Positions 33,759-43,172 of a DNA stretch of 49,455 nt are shown here, piece by piece. The stretch is taken from NCBI GenBank assembly GCA_001781995.1, contig MFNH01000063.1:1-49455 (forward strand). The letters run 5' to 3'. The notes beneath the pieces are model-generated. The model saw only the letters and a program-made list of their open reading frames with translations. It ran no database searches and had not been told where the DNA came from. The stretch comes from Candidatus Levybacteria bacterium RBG_16_35_11. GTDB taxonomy: Bacteria; Patescibacteriota; Microgenomatia; Levybacterales; UBA12049. Each line of letters starts with the position of its first letter. Positions within the stretch are counted from its first letter, which is position 1. A program made the position numbers and the translations under genes.

Positions 33759-34889
33759 CTATGCAATGAAATCTAAGTAGTTATGGGGGTTGATAACGGA
33801 AAACTTTTCCGATTGCGGATATGTAAGGAACCAGTTTCTTGGAGGAGAAACCATATTTTTTGCCGACCATTTAAACTCATAAGGGAAGAGTTTGCCATCT
33901 CTTTCTTCGATTAAGTCAATTTCCCTCTGCTCATACGTTCGCCAGAAATACATGTAGCCATGAATATTTTCATAGGCTTTTTTTTTCATTCTTTCAATCA
34001 AAATGAAGTTTTCCCATAAAGCACCAGCATCATTTCTTGAATCCAATCCATTAAACTGAGATATAACGGCATTTCTTGCCCCATTGTCAAAGAAAAAATA
34101 TTTTGATTTATTGACCAACTCAGAGCGCAAATTTCTGCTAAAAGAACCAAGTCTAAAAATAATAAATGCTTTTTCCAGAAGATCCAAATATCTTCCAACT
34201 GTTTTTATGTCTATAGCAAGATTTGTTGCCAGTTCATTAAGAGAAACTTCATTTCCCACCTGAAAAGCTAAAAACTTTAAAAGATCTAGTAAAATCTTAG
34301 ATCCTTTTAACTGTTGGAGAGCAAGAATATCCTTAAAGATATATGAATTGACTAATTCTTCAAGAATTTGTATCTTCTCCTCTCTTGATTGAGAAGTAAT
34401 TACCTGGGGATATCCCCCAAAAATAAGATAATCTTCAAGCTTTTCCTTTAAATCATGTTTATTATCCATTTGTAAAAGTTCTAGTTGTGAAATCGGATAG
34501 AGGGTAAGGGTTGTTTTCCTTCCAGTTAGAGGCTCTCCTATTTGATTTGCCAGATCAAAAGAAGATGATCCCGTTGCGATAACCTTAAGTCCTGGAACCT
34601 GATCCACAAGTATTTTAATCCCCATCCCTATATTTGGAATATACTGAGCCTCATCAAGCACTATTAATTCATAGCCTTTTGCATATTCAAGAATGCGCGG
34701 AAAATCCTGTGATCCTAACAGATCCTGAATTCTAATATTATCACCTGAATCTTGCCTGTATTTTAAAGTTGTCTTTTTTATGAAATTTTGAAGGAGCGTT
34801 GTTTTTCCCACTCTTCGTGGTCCATAGATGATTAAAGCACGATTTTCTTTAATAAACGGCGTCAAATCATCATAATAACGTTTAATCAT
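33759..34889 (-). CDS. AAA-type ATPase (AAA_14 + DUF4143 architecture)
   Basis: IYGPRRVGKTT Walker A, VLDEAQ Walker B, C-terminal DUF4143-like region. The ATG at 34889 lies 8 nt after TAAGTT (-10). Confidence 0.75.
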   Translation of the reverse strand: MIKRYYDDLTPFIKENRALIIYGPRRVGKTTLLQNFIKKTTLKYRQDSGDNIRIQDLLGSQDFPRILEYAKGYELIVLDEAQYIPNIGMGIKILVDQVPGLKVIATGSSSFDLANQIGEPLTGRKTTLTLYPISQLELLQMDNKHDLKEKLEDYLIFGGYPQVITSQSREEKIQILEELVNSYIFKDILALQQLKGSKILLDLLKFLAFQVGNEVSLNELATNLAIDIKTVGRYLDLLEKAFIIFRLGSFSRNLRSELVNKSKYFFFDNGARNAVISQFNGLDSRNDAGALWENFILIERMKKKAYENIHGYMYFWRTYEQREIDLIEERDGKLFPYEFKWSAKNMVSPPRNWFLTYPQSEKFSVINPHNYLDFIA

Positions 34890-34897
34890 ATGCTTAC

Positions 34898-34951
34898 AAC
34901 TTATCACAATTCCATATATTTGTCAAATTTTATGGACTCACACTCCATAAA
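34898..34951 (-). promoter_or_regulatory. ATPase promoter (TTGACA-17-TAAGTT) with adjacent inverted repeat TTTATGGA-8-TCCATAAA (34928-34951)
   Basis: Read directly. A third half-site TTTATGGAA at 34962-34970. Confidence 0.45.
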
Positions 34952-35072
34952 TTATGCTGAATTTATGGAATTTGAACCTATGTAAATATCACTTTGCAAT
35001 AAGTATAACTTTTTGTCAAGCGCCCAAGGTAACTCCGATGCCAAGCATCGGGGCGTGACGCACGGCTGTCAA

Positions 35073-36059
35073 TCAACTTTCCAACCTGTTTTTAATTTCT
35101 TCAATGGTTAACCTCTCTTCCCTCTGCAATCTTCGTATCTCTTTTACTTTCTCGATCATAGAGCGATCAAACAACTGATATCCGGCTCGTGTATGCTCTG
35201 CCACTTCAAGCAGTCCTTTTTCCAGCCAGTGCCGTATGGAATGCAATGTTTCCCCGGTCTCCTCTGCCAGCTCTCCTATTCTTAGTAATCTTTTTTGCAC
35301 AACAGAGGTAGGCGTTTTTCCCTCCACTGCGTCAAGATAAATGTCAAGAGAACGATCAATAGCTTTATAAATAACTTTGTAGTAATCTTTAAAATTATTA
35401 TTAAGCTGTGCTTTCTGAATACTATCTATATATGCTTCCCTGTCTTCTTTCCTAACAAGAGCAGGCGGATAACCTTTTTGCATTAAAAGCAGGTTCATAA
35501 GAAGCCGTGCGGTCCTGCCGTTTCCATCCAAAAAAGGATGTATTGAAACAAGCTTTATGTGAGCATCTGCCGCTATTTTTACCGGATGATCATTATTTTT
35601 GCCATGCAGCCATTCAAAGAAAGAGTCCATAAGTTCCGGCACTTTTAGAGGATTAGGTAATATGACGTCCGTCCCTTTTATTCTTACCGCTACGTTTCTG
35701 TATTTTCCCGCATCGTCATCATCGATTTTTTTAAGGATTAATCCATGCATGCCTAAAAGCTCGCGTTTTGTTAAATCCTCCCGTTTTTTGCCGACAAAAT
35801 CTTTTATAAAATCAAGAGCTTGGGCATGATTTATTGCTTCCAAATGTTCTTTTAGCGTTTTTCCTCTTACTGTTATGCCTTCCTCGACCACGAGCGCAGT
35901 TTCTTTTCTTGTTAAGGTGTTGCCTTCTATAGCGTTTGAAGTGTAAGTTAGCTCTACCTTAAACCATTCATCAAGGTTGTTAACTAACGCCAAAGACAAC
36001 GGTCTAAAGCTGTCTAGCTTTTGTTTCTTTTGAGTAAGCTTACTTAATAAATCATTCAT
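35073..36059 (-). CDS. Fic family AMPylase-type protein fused to a C-terminal MerR-type HTH domain
   Basis: SNAIEGN matches the inhibitory (S/T)xxxE(G/N) motif. HPFLDGNGRTAR is the Fic core. The C-terminal LLRIGELAEETGETLHSIRHWLEKGLL...YQLFD is MerR-like. Start may instead be 36101. Confidence 0.75.
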   Translation of the reverse strand: MNDLLSKLTQKKQKLDSFRPLSLALVNNLDEWFKVELTYTSNAIEGNTLTRKETALVVEEGITVRGKTLKEHLEAINHAQALDFIKDFVGKKREDLTKRELLGMHGLILKKIDDDDAGKYRNVAVRIKGTDVILPNPLKVPELMDSFFEWLHGKNNDHPVKIAADAHIKLVSIHPFLDGNGRTARLLMNLLLMQKGYPPALVRKEDREAYIDSIQKAQLNNNFKDYYKVIYKAIDRSLDIYLDAVEGKTPTSVVQKRLLRIGELAEETGETLHSIRHWLEKGLLEVAEHTRAGYQLFDRSMIEKVKEIRRLQREERLTIEEIKNRLES

Positions 36060-36089
36060 TTTTATAACCCTATGGTTTTTATTAAAATA

Positions 36090-36118
36090 AGTATAGGGCA
36101 TCGCCCTATGGTTGTCAA
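36090..36118 (-). promoter_or_regulatory. Fic-MerR gene promoter TTGACA-17-TATACT with dyad ATAGGGC-3-GCCCTAT (36093-36109) in the spacer
   Basis: Read directly. CCCTATGGTT is repeated at 36068-36077 and 36104-36113. Confidence 0.5.
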
Positions 36119-36204
36119 ACTGTCTGTAATGACATCTTACCTCGATAAGACTTTAAAGAAGTTTTCCTGAGTATGTTCTTGCTTCTGCCTTAAGCTTAAA
36201 GCGA

Positions 36205-36233
36205 TTGTTATAAAGCTTAAACTATGCTAATGT
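36205..36233 (+). promoter_or_regulatory. promoter TTGTTA-17-TAATGT, 6 nt to ATG 36240 (GT2 gene)
   Basis: Read directly. AAGCTTAAA is repeated twice across the region. Confidence 0.45.
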
Positions 36234-36239
36234 TTTATT

Positions 36240-37187
36240 ATGAAAAAGCTTTTATCGGTTGTTATACCAGTGTATAACGAAGAGAAAAATGTAACTCTTT
36301 TATATCAAGGGCTCTTAAAAATAACAAACAGTCTAAGAAGATATCGCTACGAAATAATATTTGTTGATGACGGCAGTACGGATAGGACTTGGAATGAGAT
36401 TAAGGATATTAATCAAAAAGATGCAAATGTTAAGGGAATAAGCTTAACCAGGAATTTCGGACACGCAACCGCACTTCAGGCAGGTTTAGAATCTGCGCTT
36501 GGAGATCTGGTGGTTATGATGGACGGTGACCTGCAGCATCCTCCGGAGCTTATTCCCAAGCTTATTAAAGAGTGGGGAAAGGGAAATAAGATCGTAAATA
36601 CCCTGCGGATTAATACTGAAAATATAGGATTTTTTAAAAAAATAACCTCGCAGGTTTTCTACAAAATTTTAAGCTATTTTTCTTCTGTAAGAATAAATGC
36701 CGGAGAAGCAGATTTTCGGCTAATAGACAAAGAGGTGCTAACTAAAATAAATAATTTACCTGAAACACCTAAGTTTTACAGAGGCATAATGCATTGGATA
36801 GGTTATGAGATTACCTATGTGAAATATACGGCCAGAGAAAGAAGATACGGAAAATCTTCTTACAATTTGCAAAAGATGACTGAATTGGCCCGGGCAGGAC
36901 TTACCTCATTTAGCGTTAGACCTTTAAAGGCAATTATAGCAATTGGATTTTTGATATTTGTTGTTTTTTCCGCAGGCCTTTTGTATACCCTTTTTTACAA
37001 ATTTCTTATATATTACGATGCGTTTAGTAATAGTTTTATACTGGTTATGCTGATTATGGTAGTTACTGGACTAATGATTTCTTTTCAGGGAATTATTGCA
37101 ATTTATTTAGTTGATATTTTTAATACTTCTATGAATAGACCTGCATATGTTATAAGGTCAACTTTGGGGCAAAAAAACAATGCTTAA
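36240..37187 (+). CDS. family 2 glycosyltransferase (polyprenol-phosphate sugar synthase, DPM1/GtrB/ArnC-like)
   Basis: SVVIPVYNEE, FVDDGS.D, DGDLQHPP, then two C-terminal TM helices. Confidence 0.85.
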   Translation: MKKLLSVVIPVYNEEKNVTLLYQGLLKITNSLRRYRYEIIFVDDGSTDRTWNEIKDINQKDANVKGISLTRNFGHATALQAGLESALGDLVVMMDGDLQHPPELIPKLIKEWGKGNKIVNTLRINTENIGFFKKITSQVFYKILSYFSSVRINAGEADFRLIDKEVLTKINNLPETPKFYRGIMHWIGYEITYVKYTARERRYGKSSYNLQKMTELARAGLTSFSVRPLKAIIAIGFLIFVVFSAGLLYTLFYKFLIYYDAFSNSFILVMLIMVVTGLMISFQGIIAIYLVDIFNTSMNRPAYVIRSTLGQKNNA

Positions 37188-39246
37188 ATTTTTAATTAGA
37201 TTAAAAAACTGGAGACTAAAGGTTTCCGAAGCAAAAATCGAACTTTTTTTTACGGTTTTAGCATTTTTACTATCCTTTGGTTTTATTGCTAAATATTTGG
37301 ATCTCTCCTTGTTACTAACAAATACTACCGTTACTGGTGGAGATACTGGATCTCAAATTTACAGATTGTTTTACATGCAAAAGATTTTTCCACTTCTTAG
37401 ATGGTGGTCTCCTGATTGGTATAGCGGTTATCCTATTATGTATTTTTATCCGCCTTTAATGTTTTGGGTATCCACTCTTTTGGGGTACCTTATCCCAGCT
37501 AATATTGCTTTTAAAATGGTAATTTTTTCCGGCGTGTTAATATATCCGGTAGCTGCCTATTTATCCCTTAAGCTTCTCGGGTTAAAGTATCCGATACCAC
37601 AGTTAGCAGCTGTTTTTTCTTTATCTTTAATGTTTTTTGAAAAATTTACTATTTACGGCGGCAATTTGGCAAGCTTACTTTCCGGTCAGTTTTCTCACAC
37701 TGTAAGTATTGGGCTTATTTTTATATTTATAGGCTTAATCTACAAAAACGTTTTGGAAAACAAATATCTTGTTTGGACAGTTTTAACAGGTGCTGCAATT
37801 ATTCTTACGCATCCAGTATCGGGAATTTTACTTATTCTTATCTCCCCTGCCTTTATTTTTCAGGGTGAAAAAATCAGAAAATCCATACTTAGGGTTTTTA
37901 AGATTTATTTAGGAATATTTTTAATAACTGCTTTTTGGACCTTTGGACTGGTTTTTTATAAAGAATATAGCGGCTATATGGAATGGGGAAAAGAAATAAA
38001 ATGGGATGAGCTTTTCCCCATCCATCTTAGATATTTAATTTATGCGGCGGCTTTAAGCGTTCCGCTTGCAATTATAAAAAAAGAAAAAAGATTAATAGGG
38101 CTTTTTGTGCTGCTAATTTTAACCAGTCTTGGCTATTTTTTTGTCGATAAATCTAACATTTGGAATAACAGATTTTTGCCTTATGTATTATTTTGTATGT
38201 TGATTTTTGCGGCATATTTTTACGGAAATGTTATTAGAGCCATTCGGAAAAAAACAATTATAATTGCGGGGATTGCAACTATCTTTTTAATGCTTTTTTC
38301 ACTTGTAACAGTAAAGCAGAATATGTCTTTTACCGCATTTTGGTTTAAGTGGAATTTTGAAGGCTACGAGGTAAAACCGGCTTGGCCAGAGGTGAATAGT
38401 CTTTTTAAATATCTTAATAGCCTTCCGCAGGGACGAGTAATGTGGGAATTTCAACCAGATTTTAGTAAATATGGTACAACACGGGTACTGGAGGCAATCC
38501 CGTTTTTTACCGATAAACCAACTTTTGAGGGACTTGCTGTAGATTCGGCGCTTTATGCTCCTTTTCATTTTATTGTTCAAGCGGAAACTACCGATAAGCC
38601 AACTTCTGCCATTGCCGGATTTGAATATCCTCCTTTTGATTTTGCCAAAGGAGTACGCCATATGCAGCTTACAGGAGCTCAGTATTTTATTGCCTACACC
38701 GATAAAATAAAGAGTGATGCCGATTACTCCAGTAGTTTAATAAAGCTTAAGAATACAGGTCAGTTTTCGGTTTATAAGGTTACTAATAGCTCAATGGTTG
38801 AAATAAGTCCAACTTTTATTATTGAGAAAAAAGATAAAGATTGGTTAAAAAAATCAATAGAATGGTTTAAAAGTGATGATTTTAAAAGTCCAATCGTGTT
38901 TGCTTTTAATAATGGAGAAATAAGGTATCTTTCCGGTTTAGCGAATAAATCTACTCCCGTAACAGAGAGCTCTGTGTCAAATATTAAGTCTGGCAGGGAC
39001 TATTTGGAGTTTGACACAAATAATATTGGCGTCCCTCATATTATAAAAATTACCTATTTTCCAACTTGGCGCGTTAGTGGTGCAAAAGGACCGTTTTTGG
39101 TTTCTCCCTCGTATATGATGGTTGTTCCAACACAAAACCATGTGAGGTTATATTTCTCTTACGGAATTATAGATTGGTCAGGATTTGCCCTAACTGGCTT
39201 GGGAATTGGATATCTAATTTATTTTAGAAGACGTAGACAACAATAA
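37180..39246 (+). CDS. large polytopic membrane protein, GT-C-like (COG5617/PTPS-related type, from memory), putative extracytoplasmic glycosyltransferase
   Basis: 688 aa. About 13 predicted TM helices. GGDTGSQ...WWSPDWYSGYP..YFYPPL in the first loop. ~300-aa C-terminal soluble domain. 8-nt overlap with the GT2 gene. Confidence 0.5.
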   Translation: MLKFLIRLKNWRLKVSEAKIELFFTVLAFLLSFGFIAKYLDLSLLLTNTTVTGGDTGSQIYRLFYMQKIFPLLRWWSPDWYSGYPIMYFYPPLMFWVSTLLGYLIPANIAFKMVIFSGVLIYPVAAYLSLKLLGLKYPIPQLAAVFSLSLMFFEKFTIYGGNLASLLSGQFSHTVSIGLIFIFIGLIYKNVLENKYLVWTVLTGAAIILTHPVSGILLILISPAFIFQGEKIRKSILRVFKIYLGIFLITAFWTFGLVFYKEYSGYMEWGKEIKWDELFPIHLRYLIYAAALSVPLAIIKKEKRLIGLFVLLILTSLGYFFVDKSNIWNNRFLPYVLFCMLIFAAYFYGNVIRAIRKKTIIIAGIATIFLMLFSLVTVKQNMSFTAFWFKWNFEGYEVKPAWPEVNSLFKYLNSLPQGRVMWEFQPDFSKYGTTRVLEAIPFFTDKPTFEGLAVDSALYAPFHFIVQAETTDKPTSAIAGFEYPPFDFAKGVRHMQLTGAQYFIAYTDKIKSDADYSSSLIKLKNTGQFSVYKVTNSSMVEISPTFIIEKKDKDWLKKSIEWFKSDDFKSPIVFAFNNGEIRYLSGLANKSTPVTESSVSNIKSGRDYLEFDTNNIGVPHIIKITYFPTWRVSGAKGPFLVSPSYMMVVPTQNHVRLYFSYGIIDWSGFALTGLGIGYLIYFRRRRQQ

Positions 39247-39268
39247 GTATAGTAACTATACTAGCTTT

Positions 39269-40045
39269 ATGCGGAGAAAAAGACGAGGCTTGGGGATTAA
39301 TCTTATTATTATTGGCGCCGTTATTTTCCTAGGCTACATAATGGTAGGAGGTTTTGCCCCAAGTTTTACCCTTACCCCAGCAAATAAAGGTGTTGAATAC
39401 GAAATTATTACTCCCGGACCCGCAGGACAAAAAAGTTCTCTTCAACTGGAAACCATAAAGTTTAAAGAATGCGGAAAAACAGTAGCAGTTGACCTTGTTT
39501 TAGATAGATCTGGATCAATGTCCGAAAGGCAAGATGGCGGAAGCAAGCAAAAAATTCAATACCTTAAAGATGCTACGAAGACATTTGTCAGCCTAATGCC
39601 GGATGATAGTCCGCTTGGAATGCAGTCCTTTGGTTCTGATGCGTCACTTGATTTTAAAATTGATAAATTAGGAGGAAGAAGAGATTTGGTTAACTCTAAA
39701 ATAAACTCACTAAGGCCAAGCGGGAGTACAAACATGAATGAAGGTTTAAAATACGCAAGAGATGAGCTTAAAGAGGCAATTCCAAAATTTAGCAACTATT
39801 CTTTTTCTTTAATTCTTCTTTCGGATGGACAATGGAACACGGGAGGAGACCCAACCTCTATTGCAAATGAAATAAAAGAGATGAAAGTAAAAATCTTTAC
39901 TATCTCTTTTGGCGATAATACTGGAGCTGCTTTTATGAAAAAAGCTGCCTCTGATCTTTCTTATTGGTTTTATTCCCCCGGAAACCAAGAATTAGAGAAT
40001 GTATTTAAGCAAATCGCTGTTAGGCTCTGCAATGAAAACAAGTAG
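39269..40045 (+). CDS. membrane-anchored von Willebrand factor A (VWA) domain protein
   Basis: N-terminal TM helix. DLVLDRSGSM MIDAS motif, GSTNM, LLSDG. Confidence 0.8.
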   Translation: MRRKRRGLGINLIIIGAVIFLGYIMVGGFAPSFTLTPANKGVEYEIITPGPAGQKSSLQLETIKFKECGKTVAVDLVLDRSGSMSERQDGGSKQKIQYLKDATKTFVSLMPDDSPLGMQSFGSDASLDFKIDKLGGRRDLVNSKINSLRPSGSTNMNEGLKYARDELKEAIPKFSNYSFSLILLSDGQWNTGGDPTSIANEIKEMKVKIFTISFGDNTGAAFMKKAASDLSYWFYSPGNQELENVFKQIAVRLCNENK

Positions 40046-40055
40046 CTTTTTGTAA

Positions 40056-40964
40056 TTAAGCTTGTCTAAAATCTCTTAATGCCAATTTGACAAGAAGACT
40101 AACAAAATCTTTAAAATTTATTCCTTTCGCTTTTGCCATTTTGGGCAAAAGACTTTCCTTTGTAAGACCGGGGATTGTATTAACTTCTAAAACATAGGGG
40201 TTTTCGTTTTCTAAAATAAAATCTATTCTTGAATACGAACCAAGCTTAAATTTCCGGTGAATGTCCAGAGCAATTTTTTGTAGCTTATGTTTTGTAGGCT
40301 GATTTATGTCATGCGGATTAACAATTTCCTTTGTTTCACTTGAATATTTATTTTTATATGAAAACCACTCCCCTTTGGGTGGAACGATTTTTATTACAGG
40401 CAGTGCCCTATTATTTAAAATTCCAACCGTAACTTCAGTCCCATGTATAAGTCTTTCCGCAAATACGGGAATATTTGGCTTTAACAATCTTTTTAAAAGA
40501 TTCACTTTAAAATCTTCCTTTGATTTGACAATTATTACCTCTCTTGATGAACCTCCGCTTGAACTCTTTAAAACGACCGGAAACCCAAATTTCATAACCT
40601 GAATCTGGTTTTTAATAATTTTCCACTTTGGAGTAAGAATATTATTTTTATCACAGAATTTTTTAAATAGGACCTTAAACCAAGAATTACGAAAACCCGC
40701 AAAATTAGAGCTTCCGACAATCGGTTTATTAAATTTAACAAGGTACTTATGAAGTTTTCCGCCCTCCCCTTCTTCTCCATGCAAAATGGGAAAAATTACG
40801 TCAAAATCTTTAATAAGTGAAGGTATTTTTGCATATCCTTGTTTTAAATCATATAACTTTACTTTATAACCGTTTTGTTTAAGTCCCAAAGTTACATTTC
40901 TTGCAGACATAAAGGAGATTTTTCTTTCCGAAGACAATCCTCCTGTAATAACTAAGATATTCAT
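40056..40964 (-). CDS. ddl: D-alanine--D-alanine ligase
   Basis: ILVITGG.S.ER.IS..S, HG..GEGG, ATP-grasp region, E.NT.PG.T. The track start at 40973 is an alternative. Confidence 0.85.
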   Translation of the reverse strand: MNILVITGGLSSERKISFMSARNVTLGLKQNGYKVKLYDLKQGYAKIPSLIKDFDVIFPILHGEEGEGGKLHKYLVKFNKPIVGSSNFAGFRNSWFKVLFKKFCDKNNILTPKWKIIKNQIQVMKFGFPVVLKSSSGGSSREVIIVKSKEDFKVNLLKRLLKPNIPVFAERLIHGTEVTVGILNNRALPVIKIVPPKGEWFSYKNKYSSETKEIVNPHDINQPTKHKLQKIALDIHRKFKLGSYSRIDFILENENPYVLEVNTIPGLTKESLLPKMAKAKGINFKDFVSLLVKLALRDFRQA

Positions 40965-41004
40965 CGAACACAAAAAAACTATTATAAACTATTTGGATAA
41001 TTAC

Positions 41005-41274
41005 TTAACGTTTAATTTGATAAAGACCGTGGGAGTTAAATATTGCGTTTGCTTCTGATTGTAGATCTTCTGGTCCCAATCCATCCGGCAATTGATTTAT
41101 TTCTCTCATAACCTCACCAACTTTTACCAATGAACCCTCAGTCCCAGCTAGGTTTACTCTTTTAAGAAAAGCCCCATCTCCCGTTTTGCAACGAGTCGCT
41201 AGTAATACTCCGACAGGACCTTCAGTTAATTTTGGCATATCTCCCATTTTTTGTTCTATAGCTTCGCTGTTCAT
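41005..41274 (-). CDS. hypothetical protein
   Basis: About 89 aa. GGTGGTGA SD lies 8 nt before the ATG at 41274. No domain recognised. Confidence 0.45.
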   Translation of the reverse strand: MNSEAIEQKMGDMPKLTEGPVGVLLATRCKTGDGAFLKRVNLAGTEGSLVKVGEVMREINQLPDGLGPEDLQSEANAIFNSHGLYQIKR

Positions 41275-41322
41275 TTTTCTTGTCACCACCTTTTTTTGAA
41301 AAATCTATTTTTTCATTTAAAA

Positions 41323-42639
41323 TTAAGGAAGCGGAAATCTTGCACAGAAAAATTTTACCTCCTTGGCAATTTTTAGAAGTTTTTCCGCTTTAGCAATATC
41401 TTTTTTAAATTTATCCCAAATAATTTTTCTTTCTCCTTTGGTTTTGGGAAGTAAAATTTGCGGACATTCGTTAATTACCTCATTTATCCATTTTGCAATT
41501 TTTACCATTTCCCGCTCTTTCATGCCCTGCGTGGTCAATGCAGCAGTCCCCAACCTTAGTCCTGCCGGGTAAAAAGGTGGGTTTTGATCATTAGGAACGG
41601 CATTTTTGTTTAAGATTATTCCTGCAGTCTCCAAAGCAAGGGCGGCAATTGCGCCGTTAACAGCTTTGTTTCTTAAATCAATCAATATGAGGTGATTGTC
41701 TGTTCCGCCGCTGACAAGATTAAATCCATGTTTTTTAAGCTCTGCTGCCAGAACTTTTGAATTCCTAACAACTTGCTCCCCATACTTTTTAAAAGATCTT
41801 CCCGAAGCTTCCTTGAGCGCTACCGCAATTGCGGCAGTTTGATTTTGATGAGGTCCTCCCTGCAGTCCCGGAAAAACAGCTTTATCGATTTTGGAAGAAA
41901 GATTGGGATCTTTTTTAATCCCTTTGTTAGTCACCATTATCAACGCTCCCCTTGGTCCTCTTAAGGTCTTGTGCGTTGTTGTTGTAATAATATGAGCATA
42001 TCTAGCCGGACTTGGATGAACCCCAGCAACAATTAAGCCTGCAATGTGGGAAATGTCCGCCAAAAGATAAGCACCCACTTTATCTGCGATTTCCGCAAAT
42101 TTCTTAAAATCAATAATTCGAGGATAAGCTGTTGCTCCACAGATAATTAAATCGGGTTTTTCCTTGATTGCAATTTTTTTAATCTTTCCGTAATCCAATA
42201 ATCCTTCTTTATTGAGCTCGTATGAGATAGTCTTAAAGAGTTTGCCTGAAAAAGAAACAGAAGCACCGTGAGTTAAGTGCCCGCCATAGGCAAGAGACAA
42301 TCCCATAATTTTTGACTTAAGGGGTTTTAAAAGCGCAAGTTGAACTGCCGCATTTGCCGGAGAACCTGAATATGGCTGGACATTTACGAACGGGACTTTA
42401 AAAAGATTTCTTGCCCTTTCCTCTGCCGCTACTTCAACCTCGTCGGTATTAACTGTTCCCTGATAGTATCTTTGATAAGGGTATCCTTCGGAATATTTAA
42501 AGTTAAAAACCGAACCAAGTGCCTCCAATACTTCTTTGGATGGAGAGTTTTCCGAGGCAATCATTTGCAGAGTGTTTTTTAACCTTAGCTCTTCTTTCTT
42601 TATGAGATTATAGATTTTAGGGTCCTTCGTTTTTAGCAT
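41323..42639 (-). CDS. glyA: serine hydroxymethyltransferase
   Basis: 438 aa. ASEN..S, GGHLTHG and TTTTHKTLRGPRG (PLP lysine) motifs. Confidence 0.95.
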   Translation of the reverse strand: MLKTKDPKIYNLIKKEELRLKNTLQMIASENSPSKEVLEALGSVFNFKYSEGYPYQRYYQGTVNTDEVEVAAEERARNLFKVPFVNVQPYSGSPANAAVQLALLKPLKSKIMGLSLAYGGHLTHGASVSFSGKLFKTISYELNKEGLLDYGKIKKIAIKEKPDLIICGATAYPRIIDFKKFAEIADKVGAYLLADISHIAGLIVAGVHPSPARYAHIITTTTHKTLRGPRGALIMVTNKGIKKDPNLSSKIDKAVFPGLQGGPHQNQTAAIAVALKEASGRSFKKYGEQVVRNSKVLAAELKKHGFNLVSGGTDNHLILIDLRNKAVNGAIAALALETAGIILNKNAVPNDQNPPFYPAGLRLGTAALTTQGMKEREMVKIAKWINEVINECPQILLPKTKGERKIIWDKFKKDIAKAEKLLKIAKEVKFFCARFPLP

Positions 42640-42689
42640 GGTTATTGACTATTTTATAGTCTTACCATTTTTTGTCAATAGTTAAAACA

Positions 42690-43172
42690 TTATCTTTCCA
42701 GCTCTAAAAACGTAAACTTGAAGCCGTTTGATTCCCCCTCTTTCTCAAAAACCTTCTTTTTAAACTTTGAATAATTTGGAAAAACAGTATCTGCCTTAAA
42801 CACTCCTTTAACTTTTGTTAGATAAAGCTTATCTGCTATATCTATTGCCTCTTGGTAAACTTGTCCTCCGCCAATAATAAAGCATTCGTCATTGCCCGGA
42901 GCCTGCAAAGCGAAATTAAGGGCATCCTTTAGGGAATTTGCAACCATTCCTCCTTTAACTGAAAAAGAACTATTGCGAGTAATAATTATATTTGATCTAT
43001 TCGGAAGACATCGGCCAATATCTTTTTCAAAAGTCCTTCGCCCCATAATTACAGGATGCCCGGTTGTAAGTTTCTTGAACCTTTTATGATCCTCTGGTAT
43101 CTTAAAAAGTAATTCCCCTCCCCTACCGATTCCATTTTTTTCATCCACCGCAACAATAATTGATATCTTCAT
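42690..43172 (-). CDS. folA: dihydrofolate reductase
   Basis: 160 aa. ISIIVA.D..NGIG..G.L.. and VIMGR.TF motifs. GGG.VY. Confidence 0.9.
   Translation of the reverse strand: MKISIIVAVDEKNGIGRGGELLFKIPEDHKRFKKLTTGHPVIMGRRTFEKDIGRCLPNRSNIIITRNSSFSVKGGMVANSLKDALNFALQAPGNDECFIIGGGQVYQEAIDIADKLYLTKVKGVFKADTVFPNYSKFKKKVFEKEGESNGFKFTFLELER

Noticed and set aside
37180-39246. The 688-aa membrane protein could be an STT3/PglB/AglB-type oligosaccharyltransferase acting on the D-x-N-x-S sequons.
   Set aside because: The only similar string (WWSPDWYSG) is in the first N-terminal loop. The OST WWDYG motif lies after the last TM helices, and I see no WWDYG or DK/MI motif there. I kept only the generic GT-C-like call.
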